Positions 13,245-26,555 of a stretch of 64,000 bases of DNA are shown piece by piece. The stretch comes from Raja brachyura. Lineage: Eukaryota. The position numbers and the translations under genes are program-made. The notes beneath the pieces were generated by a model. It did not search any database. It saw only the letters and a program-made list of their open reading frames with translations, and was not told the origin of the DNA. Positions within the stretch are counted from its first letter, which is position 1. Every line of letters starts with the position of its first letter. The stretch spans positions 42,222,001-42,286,000 of the forward strand of contig OY740805.1 of the NCBI GenBank assembly GCA_963514005.1, read 5' to 3'.

Positions 13245-14252
13245 ATAACCATATAACAATTACAGCACCTCGGCCCTTCTAGTCCGTGCCGAACACTTAC
13301 TCTCACCTAGTCCCATCTACCTGCAGTCAGACCATAACCCTCCATTCCTTTCCCGTCCATATACCTACCCAATTTATTTTTAAATGTTAAAATCGAACCT
13401 GCCTCCAGCACTTCCACTGGAAGCTCATTCCACACAGCTACCACTCTCTGAATAAAGAAGTTCCCCCTCATGTTACCCCTAAGCTTTTGTCCCTTATTTC
13501 TCAAATCATGTCCTCGTGTTTGAATCTTCCCTACTCTCAATGGAAAATGCTTATCCACGTCAACTCTGTCTGTCCCTCTCATAATTTTAAAGACCTCTAT
13601 CAAGTCCCCCCTTAGTGGAAGATTGCAACCTTCACATGGTATGCCCCGTTTCGATTAATGCAATCGACTCGACGTGCACAAACGGAAGATCAAATAGAAC
13701 AAGTTGCCCAACAACTTTAGGTTGTGCACGTCACACGAAAGAAGACGAAGTCCCCCCTTAACCTTCTGCGCTCCAAAGAACTATCTTGTTCAACCTTTCT
13801 CTGTAATTTAGGTGCTGAAACCCAGGCAACATTCTAGTAAATCTCCTCTGTACTCTCTCTATTTTTTGACCTTTCCCATAATTTGGCGACTAGAATTGTA
13901 CACCATATTCCAGAATTGGCCTCACCAATGCCATGTACACTTTTAACATTACATCCCAACTTCTGTACTCAATGCTCTGATTTATAAAGGCCAGCACACC
14001 AAAAGCTTTCTTTACCACCCTATCTACATGGGATTCCACCTTCAGGGAACTATGCACAGTTATTCCTACATCCCTCTGTTCAACTGCATTCCTCAATTCG
14101 CTATAATTTATCATGTACGTCCTATTTTGATCTGTCCTGCCAAGATGTAGCACCTCACACTTATCAGCATTAAAGTCCATCTGCCATCTTTCAGCCCACT
14201 CTTCCAAATGGCCTAAATCTCTCTGTAGACTTTGAAAATCTACTTCATTATA
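13245..14252 (-). mobile_element. CR1 3' portion (same subfamily as 23232-24661 and 55520-57000)
   Basis: WQMDFNADKCEV, VRPILEY, TRGHDL; (TTATATGG) tail. Confidence 0.9.
13615..13747 (+). mobile_element. 133-bp retroposed insert with GAA-rich tail (RTE-like 3' end)
   Basis: 13-bp TSD AAGTCCCCCCTTA at 13602-13614 and 13748-13760. Confidence 0.7.
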
Positions 14253-14457
14253 TTCAGTATCTGGATTCGCCACATTCTCTGATAGCATGATTCAGATATC
14301 AAAACCATTCCCTGTGTTAAAACATCACTCCTCAGATCCCTGCACACATCGTCCTCTCACCTCATCACCTCATACCTTTGATACCTACCGCGGGAACTCA
14401 TAATCAGACAGTTTGGGCCGAATGGCCTGTTCCTCTGTTGTCTCCGAAATATCTTAC

Positions 14458-14484
14458 CTTCAAAAGAGAGAAACAGCTGCAGTT
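14458..14484 (-). pseudogene. Candidate 27-bp BTN cytoplasmic micro-exon ((E)LQLFLSFE)
   Basis: cttcttgttttcAG acceptor, GTAAGA donor, phase 1-1, in frame after the TM exon. Confidence 0.6.
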
Positions 14485-15264
14485 CTGAAAACAAGAAGCA
14501 GGAACATGTCAGTGAGTGAGGCCGGCAGCACGTTCCACGCTGTGCACAAACAGAGCACAATTCACACAGTGCCCTCTGGATTGAGATACTGCGCTAGGAG
14601 GTGGGGCACAAGGACCCCACATTCACCAGAGCCGGAGGAGACGGTGATGGAGACAAACTCCACCTGCAAATGACCGCAAGGACACTGCGCACCGAGATTT
14701 CCTCCAAGAACCTTCCCCATGTGGCAAGGCTTGCTCTTGCTCCACCCTTTAGGCCGTGAATCCCACAACCTTCACACGGGTTGTGTGAATGGGATTTTCC
14801 CACTTCCTTTCTGCACCATCTGCTGTGGCTCAGTGAGGTTTTCTCCTCTCGCCTCGGTCGCAATGTTGAGCTTCAGCAACTCGAGTCGTAACTCCAGCTG
14901 TCGCTGCGGTGCTGAGCCGAGGAAACCACCAGAGGAGCCTTCAGTTGGCCCAGTCGTAAACCTGTGGGTTTTGTCACACCAATGTGGAATATACAACAGT
15001 GCCATTAGGGCTCTCATGCTAATGTTTATACTTGATCAGACCTTTCTCAAACAACAGGGCCAGGTCGTTGCTCGGAGAGAGCTTGTGGTGATTACACCAA
15101 CTTATCTCTTCTGACTTCATGAATGGCCATTGTACTTCAAAGGACACCTCAGTGATTCAAGATAGACACAAAATGCTGGAGTAACAGCGGGCAGGTAGCA
15201 TCACTGGAGAGAAGGAATGGGTGAATTTCAGGTCTGAGAAACATAGACAAATATGCGCAGGAAT

Positions 15265-17525
15265 AGGATATTCCTTATGCAGTTGTACAGAGCCCTAGTG
15301 AGACCACACCTGGAGTATTGTGTGCAGTTTTTGTCCCCTAATTTGAGGAAGGACATTCTTGTTATTGAGGGAGTACAGCATAGGTTTACAAGGTTAATTC
15401 CCGGGATGGTGGGACTGTCATATGCTGAGAGAATGGAGCAGCTGGGCTTGTACGCTCTGGAGTTTAGAAGGATGAGAGGGGATCTCATTGAAACATATAA
15501 GATTGTTTAGGGCTTGGACAAACTAGAGGCAGGAAACATGTCCCCGATTGGGGGAGTCCTGAACCAGGGGCCACAGGTTAAGAATAAGGAATAAGCCATT
15601 TAGAACGGAGACGAGGAAACACTTTTTCTCACAGAGAGTGGTGAGTCTCTGGAATTCTCTGCCTCAGTGGGCAGTGGAGGCAGGTTCTCTGGATGCTTTC
15701 AAGAAAGAGCTAGATAGGGCTCTTTAAAATAGGGGAGTCAGGGGATATGGGGAGAAGGCAGGAATGGGGTACTGATTGTGGATGATCAGCCTTGATCACA
15801 TGGATTTAAGAGAGAGTTGGATAGAGCTCTAGGGACCTGTGGGTTTTGGAGTCAAGGGATATGGAGAGAAAGCAGGCACGGGTTATTGATAGCGGCCAAT
15901 CAGCCATGATCACATTGAATGGTGGTGCTGGCTCGAAGGGCCAAATGGCCTCCTCCTGCACGTATTTTCCATGTTTGTACGAATGGCAGTGCTGGCTCGG
16001 AGGGCCTAATGGCCTGCTCCTGTACCTACTGTCTATTGTCTATTGATATTCGGCCCTTTGAGCCAGCTCCGCTATTCCATATAATCGTGGCTGATCATTT
16101 AAATCAGTACGCAATTACTGCATTTACCCCATAACCCTTGATTCCTCTAGTCCTAATTGCTAAATCGAAGTGCCTTGAAAACATCCGATGAAATGGCCTC
16201 CACTGCTTTCGGTGATAGAAAATTCCACAGATTCACAATTCTCTGGGTGAATTATTTTTCTCATTTCTGTCCTAAATGGTCTACCCCTTATTGTTAAACT
16301 GTGACACCTGGTTCTGGACTTCCCCAACATCGTGAGCATGTTGGGGGTTACACAAAAATCGTGAGCATGTTTCCTGCATCTAGCCTGTCCAATTCTTGAA
16401 GATTTTTTTTTCTTTCGATAACATCCCCTCTCATCCAACTAAATTCCAGTGAATACAAGCTCAGCCGACCCATTCTTTCATCATATGTCAGTCCCGCCAT
16501 CCCGGCAATTAACCTGGTGAACCTACGCTGCACTTCCTCAATAGCAAGAATGTCCTTCCTCAAATTAGGAGAGTAAAATTGTACACAGTACTCCACAGTA
16601 CACAGTGGTCTCTCCAGGGCCCGGTACAACAAGAGTAGGACCTCCTTGCTCCTAAACTCAAATCCTCTCGCAATGAAGGGCAGCAATCTATTTGCTTTCT
16701 TCACTGTCTGCTCTACCTGCATGCTCACTCTCAGTGACTGATGTACAAGCACACCCAGGTCTTCTTGCACCTTCCCTTTTCCTAATCGGACACAATTCAG
16801 ATAATAATCTGCCTTCCTTTTCTTGCCACCAAAGTGGATTACCTCACATTTATCCACATAATACTGCATCTGCCATGTATCTGTCCTCTCACTCAACCTA
16901 TCCAAATCACCCTGCAGCCTCATGTCATCCTCATCGCATCTCGCACTGCCACCCAGCTTTGTGTCGTCTGCAAACTTGGAGATGTCACATTTGATTCCCT
17001 CGTCTAAATCGGTTATATATATTGTAAATAACTGGGCTCCCAGCATCGACCCTTGCTGCACCCTACTAGTCACTGCCTGCAATTCTGGAAAGGACCCATT
17101 AATTCCTACTCCCTACTTCCGGTCCTCTATCCATATCAATACCCTACCCCCAATACCATGTGCTCCAATTTTGCAAGCTAATCTTTTGTATGGGACCTTG
17201 TCAAAGGCTTTATCAAAGTCCAAATACACCACATCCACTGGCTCTCCTTTATCCATTCTACTTGTTACATCCTCAAAAACTCCAGAAGATTAGTCAAGCA
17301 TGATTTCCCGTTCATAAATCTATGCTGACATTGACCGATCCTGTCACTGCTTTCCAAATGCGCAGCTGTAACATCTTTAATAATCGACTCAAAACATCTT
17401 CCCCACTACCGATGTAAGTCCACAGTAACTGGTCTATAATTCCCCGTTTTCTCTCTCCCTCCTTTCTTAAAAAGTGGCTACCCTCCAGTCCATATGAACT
17501 GATCCAGATTCGAGAGAACATTGGA
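15265..17525. mobile_element. Tail-to-tail CR1 fragments (+ 15265-16035; - 16045-17525)
   Basis: [19 protein letters not shown] motifs in opposite orientations. Confidence 0.88.
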
Positions 17526-17850
17526 GACCCTTCTTCAGACTGAGAGTCAGAGGAGACTGAAACGAGAGATAAAGAAGGGTGAGGTGTGAAAACGGGAGAT
17601 GAAATGGGATGCAGATCAAGGAAATGTAGAATAGATCATTGTTAGCCAGGAGAATGTGACAACGAAACATACAGAGATAAGATTTAATCTGGGGGACAGT
17701 CAGACTGGTCGGAGAACTCGGAAGAGGGAGGGAAGGAGAGAGAGAGGGAAAGCAAGGTTACTTGAAGTTACAGAAGTCAATATTGTAAGCTGCCCAAATG
17801 AAAGATGAGATGCTGTTCCTCCAACTTACGTTGAGCTTCACTCTGAAGAT
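17525..17850 (-). mobile_element. Penelope-like element 3' remnant
   Basis: Reverse strand encodes QSEAQRKLEEQHLIFHLGSL (GIY-YIG C-terminus) followed by pLTR-type sequence CTGAAGAAGGGTCTC. Confidence 0.75.
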
Positions 17851-18299
17851 GGAGGACGCCCAGAACAGAAACATCAATGTGGGAACGGGAGGGGGAGTTA
17901 AAGTTTTTAGCAACGGGAGATCAGGTATGTCTAGGCGGACTGACTTGCGTTTTCGGTTTCCTCCCATATTCCAAAGACGTACAGGTTTGTAGGTTAATTG
18001 GCTTGGTAAATGTAAAAAGTGTCGCTAGTGGGTATCGGATAGTGTTAAGGTGCGGAGATCGCTGGTCTTTGGGAGTGGGAGAAAACTGGAGCTCCGGAGA
18101 AAGCCCACGCGGTCACCGGGAGAACGTACAAATTCCATACAATCAGCATCAGGATTGACTCGGGTTTCTAGCGCTACAAGGCAGCAACTCTACCGCTGCT
18201 CCACAGCGCCGTCCTAGAATCTCCTTGTGCCGGCACTAATCCCATCTGCCTGTGTCTGTAACACGTTGAACCAACTTGCCCATGCCGGCTAATATGACC

Positions 18300-19435
18300 C
18301 AGCTACACTAATCGTATCTGCCTGCGTTTGGCCCATATCCCTCCAATCCTGTCGTATCCATGTACCTGTAACTGGTTCTGAAACGTTGTGATAGTCCCAG
18401 CCACAACAACCTCCTCTGACAGCTTCTACCATACACCCACCACTATTTGTGTGAAAAAGGTTTTCCCTCAGATTCCAATGAATTATTGTCCCCTTCAGCT
18501 TCACCTCTGGTCCTCGATTCATCTACTCTGGGCAAGAAACTCTGCGTAGATGAGTTAATTTGTAACACTTGGCTGCTGGTTTTCTGGGCGTTTGCCTCCA
18601 CCGGATCTATTCCTCCCATGATTTTGTACACCTCTATAAGATCAACTCTTGTCCTCCCAGCCTACGTAACCTCCCCTTATAGCTCAGACCTTCTAGTCTT
18701 GGCAACATCCTCGTTAATCTTCTCTGTACCCTTTCCAGCTTGACAACATCTTTCCTATAACATGCACCTGTACTCTTAGATCCTTCTGCTCTACGACATC
18801 TCCGGAGAGAAGAGCCCTGCCGTTCACTGTGTAGGTCCTGCCCATGTTAGACTTCCCAAAATGCAACACCTCACTTTTTGCTGTATAAAATTCCATCAAA
18901 CATTCCTCAGCCCACCTGGCCAATCGATCCAGATCCTGCAATGTTTCACAACCATCTTCACTATCTGCAAAACCACCCACTGTTGTATCTTCACCAAACT
19001 TGCTAACATTGCCATGTATAGAAAAATAAACAAAAACATAGAAATAGGTGGAGGGGTAGGCCATTCGGCCCGTCGAGCCTGCACCGCCATTCAATATGAT
19101 CATGGCTGATCATCCAACTCGGTATCCCGTACCTGCCTTCTCTCCATACCCCCTGATCCCTTTAGCCACAAGGGCCACATCTAACTCCCTCTTAAATATA
19201 GCCAATGAACTGGCCTCTCATCCGTATATTCTCATCCAAACCAATTATGTAGATAACAGTAACGGGCCCAGCACCGAACCCTGAGGCACTCCAGTAGTCA
19301 CAAGCCTCCAGTGCCAGAAGCAATCTTCCACCATTACCCTCTGCTTCCTTCCATGAAGCCAATTTGCTATCCATTCAGCTATCGCTTCTTGGATCCCATG
19401 TGATCTAACGCTCCAGAACAGCCGACCATGCGGGA
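18300..19435 (-). mobile_element. Fragmented CR1 pieces
   Basis: GVPQGSVLGPLL, LQDLDRLARWAE, CR1 3' UTR. Confidence 0.8.
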
Positions 19436-19557
19436 TGTGACAAACTACGGAGCTGTGATCAAATCTAACGTTTGTGTGGATGCTAAATTGTGTACAAAAT
19501 ATAAACGTTTTATAAACTTTCTGAATGCAATAACGCGGCACCATATCTTGCTCTCAC

Positions 19558-19677
19558 CTTTAATCATTTTATCTTCTTTTCTGTGCAACATTATATCGAA
19601 AGCAGCAGCCATAACCACGAGGGCCGCAAACGCCCAGAAAACCAGCAGCCAAGGGTTGGTTTTAGGAAATAACTCAT
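19558..19677 (-). pseudogene. BTN-like transmembrane exon (DELFPKTNPWLLVFWAFAALVVMAAAFDIMLHRKEDKMIK)
   Basis: 120 bp, tgtAG acceptor, GTGAGA donor, phase 1-1, hydrophobic stretch then basic residues; not in ORF track. Confidence 0.8.
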
Positions 19678-20493
19678 CTACATTGGTGAATGAAAATAGA
19701 TCAGTAACAGCAACAGGAAGGAACTACAGATGCTGGTTTATACCGGATAGACACAAAATACTGGAGTGACTCAGCAGGTCAGGCAGCATCTCCGCAGGGA
19801 AGAAAGTCAGATTCAGATTCCACTACTACAGCACCGCAGACCCGGGGCTCTAATTCGACACATAGAATCCTCGTTTATACGCAGTAAACTCAATGTCGAT
19901 CCAATGGAGATTACAGTGGTGAATTAAATCATTGTCTATGAGCGTTTATATTGATGTCGTGCCTTGAAAAAGAAGTCATGCACTTTCCAAGGTGGTCAAT
20001 GTATCAGGTAATGTTAATGTGTTTGGTGTATGGCCAGTCAGATATCAGTGGCAGCGCAAAATGGAGAAGTGGCCAAAGACCTGGACACAGATGTGATGGA
20101 CGAGGGTGGAGAGTAGACAGTGGACAGGTGTGGCCGCAGATAAATTGTGTAGGAAACAACTGCAGATGCTGGTTTATTCACAAAATGCTGGAGTATCTCA
20201 GCGGGTCAAGCAGCATCACTGAAGAAGGCTTCCGACCTGAAACGTCACCCATCCTTTTTCACCAGAGATGCTCCCTGACCCACAGCATAATTCCAGCACT
20301 TTGTGTCTATTTGTGGTATCCGATAGTTCTTCTGCCGGGAAACCCTCTGGGCTCAAACAAGAAAAGCTGCGCCTTGGGAATGAGACCAGAGCAGCAGAGT
20401 GCTGGTGGGTCCACTCGAACGTTAATGCCTTTTGCGCAGTGAAAGTTAGTTCAGAACTCGCTTTTGTAAAATGTTTCCCAGGTTCCCACGTAC

Positions 20494-20771
20494 CTGATAT
20501 CTGGAGATGGGCCTCTCGTGTTTTCCCCGTTGATCTACTTCATATGAAACAGGAATACCTGTTCACAGAATCACTTGTGATATCGATGTGACTGTGGACA
20601 GTGATCAGCCCGCTGGAGTCCTCAGTGTGGCAGACCGCGCTGTTACATCTTGTCCACTCCCATCCAGCCACCGTATCTCCGGCTTGGGAAACCATCCATT
20701 CAACTTACACACCACACGCACTCCTTGCGTGGTGCTTTCCTCCAAGCGGATCCAGGGCCGGAAGCCAAATC
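20494..20771 (-). pseudogene. BTN-like IgC exon with frameshift and premature stop
   Basis: GVRVVCKLNGWFPKPEIRW...NRYSCFI*SRSTGKTREAHLQIS; 278 bp (not 3n); AG/GT borders. Confidence 0.88.
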
Positions 20772-20778
20772 CTGCAAT

Positions 20779-22014
20779 GAATGAATGGATGAATATGTTT
20801 ATTGTCCAAGTATTCACATACAAGGAATTTGCCTTGGTGCTCCGCCCACAAATGACAACATGCCATACAGTGACAGTTAGGAATGACACATAAAACATTA
20901 AACATTAATAATAACACATTATCATAAACATGTGCATTAAATAAAATACCAGAGCAAAAGGAGGCTACAGATTTTTGGTTATTGAGTAGAGCTACTACTC
21001 ATGGAAAAAAGCTGTTTTTATGTCTGGCTGTTGCAGCTTTGGCAGTCTGCAGTCGCCTTCCAGAGGGAAGTGAATCAATGAGTTTGTTGCCAGGGTGAGA
21101 GGCATCAGAGATGATCTTACCCGCTCGTTTCCTGGCCCTTGCAGTGTACTGTTCATCAATGGAGGGAAGGTTGCAGCCAACTACCTTCTCAGCTGATCGG
21201 ACGATTCGCTGCGGCCTCCGGATGTCGGGCTTAGTGGCTGAGCCAAACCAGAACATGGTGGAGAAGGTGAGGACCATCATAGAATTGGACCATCATTGCC
21301 TGTTGCAGATTGTGCTTCCACAGCTGCCGCATGAAGTACATCCTCTTTTGGGCCTTTTTGGACTGTCGAGTCGATGATGCCCCCCCCATTTAGGGCCCTT
21401 GGAGATGATGGTTCCCAGGAATTTAAAGGACTCCACAGATGTGACTGTGGTGTTGTTGATGGTGACTGGGGTGAGGGGAGGCGTGGCTCTCCTAAAGTCT
21501 ACAATTAATTCCACTGTCTTAAGAGCATTGAGCTCCAAGTTGTTACGAAGGCACCAGGGCACCAGCTGTGCCACTTCCTGTCTGTAGGCAGATTCCTCCC
21601 CATCCTGGATCAGTCCAATCAGGGTTGTGTCGTCCGCAAACTTGAGAAGCTTGACAGAGGAGTCTGTGGAGGTGCAGTCATTGGTGTAGACAGAATCGAG
21701 GAGAGACGATAGTACGCAGCCTTGAGGTGCTCCTATGCTGAGGGTCTGCGGGGCTGAAATGTGCTTTTCCAGCCTCACATGCTGCTTCCTGTCTGTCAGG
21801 AAGCTGGTGATCCACTGACGGAGGGGTTCAGGCACAGTCAATTTGGAGAATTTGTAGCTCTGACACAATGGTGTTGAATGCAGAGCTAAAATCCACTAAC
21901 AAAATCCTCGCAAATGTCCTCTGGCAGTCTAGGTGCTGGAGGATGAAATGCAGGACTAGGTTGACTGCGTCATCCACAGATCTCATCCACAGATCTATTG
22001 GCCCGATGTTCAAA
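20779..22014 (-). mobile_element. Rex1/Babar LINE fragment inserted at the IgC acceptor
   Basis: QGCVLS, KFADDTT, LPSGRR; (ATTC)n tail; TSD CTGCAAT 20772-20778 / 22015-22021. Confidence 0.9.
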
Positions 22015-22635
22015 CTGCAATCGGGATGTAATCGGTAAACACAATAGTTACACATGTATCTCGGCATGGAAAGGGCTTTCCGTGTGCTGGGTCAGTGAGC
22101 AGCAGATGACGCCGGGGCTTGAAGAGCCACAGAAAGAGCAGCGGTGGGAACTCCAACGATCATTGGTTGGGTGACCGGGTACCGCTGTGTTACCACCCCA
22201 TCGCCTCGTTGTCACCTTCCCCTTCAGCTAACAATGATCTGTTCTACATTTTACTTGAACCGCGTCCCCTTTGGGTCTTCTTTTTCACAGCTTACCCTTC
22301 CATATCTCTAGACTCCCTCTCCCATGTTTCTCAGTCTTCAGATGGGTCTCGACCCGAAACGTCACCCATTCCTGCTCTTCACACATGCTGCCTGTCCCGC
22401 GGAGTTACTCCTGCATTTTATGTCTACATTCGGTGTAATTCGCAGTTCCTTCCTATACACAACCTCGCCGCTGCCATTCCATTCCAGGCCGTGTCACTCC
22501 CAGCCTGTGCCGAGGCAGCGGTCAACATTGTCAGTAACCCTTGACCTTCCCAGTAAAATCCCAGTCTGGGGGGCAGCTTACTGACATTCCCGGTGTAAAC
22601 CCTGGTGTGAACTCTATGCCTCCATAGGGACTCAC

Positions 22636-22983
22636 CTTCAACCTGCAGCCGCAGCGCCGCCTGGTGACTGGACGTGGGGGTGCTGATGGAACACGTGTAG
22701 ATTCCAGCATCTGATACTTTGACCATCTTCAGTTTAAACGATGCGTTTCCACGGGGAAACTCTTCCCGAATAAGCTCCGTCCTCCCTCGGTAAGCCCCGT
22801 CCTGCACCTCAGCTCGGTCCTGGCCGCCAGTGTATAAATGTACCGGTGACCTCGGGCTCGTTGTAAACCATCGGACCTCCAGAGCGTCCAGTGATGTATC
22901 CGGTACCTTCTGACATTCTAACACGGCATCTTCACCCACCATGGCCACCACCGGATAGTCCGGCACAATCACAGAGAACTCCT
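22636..22983 (-). pseudogene. BTN-like IgV exon, open reading frame (part of a gene disabled elsewhere)
   Basis: 348 bp, phase 1-1; FSVIVPDYPVVAMVGEDAVLEC, EVRWF, VHLY, YRGRTEL, GNAS, VKVSDAGIYTC. Confidence 0.92.
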
Positions 22984-23125
22984 CTAGAAAATACAATGGT
23001 TAAGCTTCAGAATATTTGTAGAATCTTTCCTGCTGGCGATTTAAAGAAAGCAAATGTGATTATTTTGTTATAGTTTGGAACTCTTCCAAATGTCATTGGT
23101 CTGGATACTTTGCTCTTAGTCTTTC

Positions 23126-24671
23126 AATCCACCCCCAACGTATCTCCGGCTTGGAAACCATCCATCGGACTTACACACCACACGTACTCCTTGCGTGGTG
23201 CTTTCCTCCAAGCGGATCCAGGGACAGAGTCAGGGCCAGGTTTATATTCTTCAAAGAATAAACCTAGCAATTATAGACCTGTTAGTTTGGCATCAGTGGT
23301 GGGCAAATTAATGGAAAGGATACTTAGAGATAATATATATAAGCATCTGGATAAACAGGGTCTGATCAAGAACAGTCAACATGGATTTGTGCCTGGAAGG
23401 TCAAGTTTGACAAACCTTCTTGAATTTTTTGAAGAGGTTACTAGGAAAATTGATGAGGGTAAAGCATGGGATGTTGTCTATATGGATTTCAGTAAGGCCT
23501 TTGACAAGGTTCCCCATGGAAGGTTGGTTAAGAAGGTTCAATCTTTGGGTGTTAATGGCGGAGTAGCAAGATGGATTCAACAGTGGCTGAATGGAAGATG
23601 CCAGAGAGTAATGGTGGATGGCTGTTTGTCAGGTTGGAAGCCGGTGACCAGTGGGGTGCCTCAGGGATCTGTGTTGGGACCACTGTTGTTTGTCATGTGC
23701 ATCAATGATCTAGATGATGGGGTGGAAAATTGGATAAGTAAGTATGCAGATGATACTAAGATAGGTGGTGCTGTGGATAATGAAGTAGATTTTCAAAGTC
23801 TACTAAGAGATTTGGGCCATTTGGAAGAGTGGACTGAAAGATGGCAGATGGAGCTTAATGCTGATAAGTGTGAGGTGCTACATCTTGGCATGACAAATCA
23901 AAATAGGACATACATGGTAAATGGTAGGGAATTGAGGAATGCTGTGGAACAGAGGGATCTAGGAATAACTGTGCATAGTTCCCTGAAGGTGGAATCGCAT
24001 GTAGATAGGGTGGTAAAGAAAGCTTTTCGTGTGCTGGCCTTTATAAATCAGAGCATTGAATATAGGAGTAGGGAAGTGATGTTAAAATTGTACAAGGCAT
24101 TGGTAAGACCAATTCTGGAGTATGGTGTACAATTTTGGTCACCTAATTATAGGAAGGATGTCAACAAAATAGAGAAAGTACAGAGGAGATTTACTATATT
24201 GTTGCCTGGGTTCAAGCAACTAAGTTACAGAGAAAGGTTGAACAAGTTAGGTCTTTATTCTTTGGAGCGCAGAAATTTAAGGGGGGGACTTGATTGAAGT
24301 CTTTAAAATGATGAAAGGGATAGACAGAGTTGACGTGGATAAGCTTTTCCCATTGAGGGTAGGGAAGATTCAAACAAGAGGGCATGACATGAGAATTAAG
24401 GGACAAAAGTTTAGGGGCAACATCAGGAGGAACTTCTTTACTCAGAGTGTGGTGGCTGTGTGGAATGATCTTCCTGCAGAAGTGGTGGAGGCAGGATCGA
24501 TTTTAACATTTAAAAGTAAAGTGGATAGGTATATGGATGGGAAGGGAATGGAGGGGTATGGTCTGAGTGCAGGTAGATGGGACTAGGGGAAAATAAATGG
24601 TCGGCACGGACTGGAAGGGCAGAGAAGGCCTGTTTCCGTGCTGTAATTGTTATATGGTTATAGTCCAAATC
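23126..24671 (-). pseudogene. Second IgC exon copy, 5' part only (24662-24671 + 23126-23231), split by CR1
   Basis: High similarity to 20665-20771; upstream intron 24672-24776 matches 22015-22118. Confidence 0.85.
23232..24661 (+). mobile_element. Young 5'-truncated CR1 (long RT ORF)
   Basis: NYRPVSL, QGSVLGPLLF, YADD; AGTC on both flanks (23228-23231, 24662-24665). Confidence 0.92.
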
Positions 24672-25474
24672 CTGCAATCTGGATGTAATCGGCGAAAACA
24701 ATTGCTACATGTGTATCTTGACATGGAAAGGGCTTTCCGTGTGCCAGGTGCGTGAGCAGCAGAGGACGCCGGGGCCCAGGGCCGGATTTAGATGAAGAGA
24801 GGCTCTAGGCTGTTCCACTTGTGAGGCCCCTCCCAATCCCCCACCCCCACGACTAGAGGAAGATGGTCCACCAGATTGACACCGATTTGCAGCCGAGCAT
24901 TTGCAATGAGATGAGGGGCAGGAAAGCTGTGCTTTATTTATTTATTTATTGCCAGTGCTAGTGTCGAGTTATCGGCTTAAAACAATATTATTCTGAAATG
25001 GAGGGCAAGGAAAATTACTGAAGCGTTGTTTAGAGACTACAGTGCATTGTGACAGCATATGTAAGAAAGGCCTTTGACAGTGTCAAAAATATTATACACC
25101 TTGCAGGGCTCTCACTTTTTTTCCCTGTTGTCAGTTGTGCAACCTTGGCAGCTTTTTAAGTTGCCAAATGACAGTTTAGGTGGTCATTTCAGACGGCTTG
25201 CATGCCGCATGCAATAATGCGCTCGGACAAAGTGCGTAGTTACTAGTCGGAATTATGCTCAATGAAGCATTCACATATTATTTCTGCTTCAAATAAAGTC
25301 ACAAACTAAACATATTCAGCAATCAAGACATGATATATACCACAATGGCATGCAGCAAAATTATAATACAGTATCTCAACTCTTTTTACACTTTGCAATT
25401 AATGCAATTTCTATTATTTCTTTCCATTTCCAAACAAAATTGTGGTTGGATTATTCAGTGGATGATCAACCTCA

Positions 25475-26180
25475 GTGAGACGAAGCGTAGGCTTGGCGAT
25501 CGCTTCACACAACACCTCCACTCAGTTCGCAATAACCAACCTGATCTCCCGGTGGCTCAGCACTACAACTACCCCTCCCATTCAGAATCCGACTTTTCTG
25601 TCCTGGGCCTCTTCCATGGCCAGAGTGAGGCCCAGCGTAAATTGAGGAGCAGCACCTGATATTTCACTTGGGCAGTTTACACCCCAGCGGTATGAACATT
25701 GACTTCTTCAATTTCAGGTAATCCCTGCTTTCACCTCTGTAAATGATGTTACTCACACAGTGTTTCTTTATTAAGACTTTATTGATTACATATGCACTAG
25801 TGCCCTAGCTGTACATGGTCTGTACGTTCAAACTACTAGAGGAGGTACCAGTGGATGGAGAGACATTAATATACTGGTTAAACGGGGAGTGGTCAGGGAA
25901 GCTACACAATCTATAATTAAAGGGACATGCACTATCATCTACAACCTCCCCTTCCCAGCTCTCCCACAGCCCACTGTTTCCGCCTCTTCCTTTCTTCTTC
26001 CCGTCCCCCCCACCCTCGCATCAGTCTGAAGAAGGGTCTCGACCCAAAACGTCGCCTATTTTCTTCGCTCCATAGATGCTGAAATAAAATGAAATGCTAC
26101 CTTTATTGTCGTTCGGACCGAAAGGTCTGAACAAAATTTCGTGCTGCCTCACCTGCTGAGTTTCTCCTGCATTTTTTTCT
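25475..26180 (+). mobile_element. Penelope-like element 3' remnant (GIY-YIG endonuclease + pLTR)
   Basis: ETKRRLGDRF...PVAQHYN...MNIDF; CTGAAGAAGGGTCTCGACCC motif at ~26026. Confidence 0.85.
25738..25943 (-). mobile_element. 206-bp solo LTR
   Basis: TG...CA ends with 9/10 inverted match, 5-bp TSD ACCTC, AATAAA and TATA-like box on the minus strand. Confidence 0.85.
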
Positions 26181-26555
26181 ACCCATTCGCACAAGTTCTA
26201 TATTCCCACTTTCCTCACCAACTCCCTACACATTAGGGGCAATTTCACACAGACAAGTTAACCTACAAAGCCAGTGCATCTTTGGGATGTGGGAGGAAAC
26301 CCACACGCTTGCAGGGAGAATGTGCAAATTCAACACAGACAGTGCCCGAGGACTGGATCAAACACAGATCTCTGGCGTGTGAGGCAGCAAGTCTACCAGC
26401 TGTGCCACTATATTTTGTTTTCCAACACACAAAAAATTATACGTTGATAACTTTGGTTACTAAAACAATTAAAATATCAATTTTCAGTCTTATATCTCCA
26501 AGTGATGCTATGTGCCCCATTACAGCTACTGTATGTTTTAATTAAGTTCAAGACT

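Noticed and set aside
14361-14384. Further BTN micro-exon (YQRYEVM-like)
   Set aside because: AG/GT borders exist but give a stop in the expected phase; at best a decayed exon
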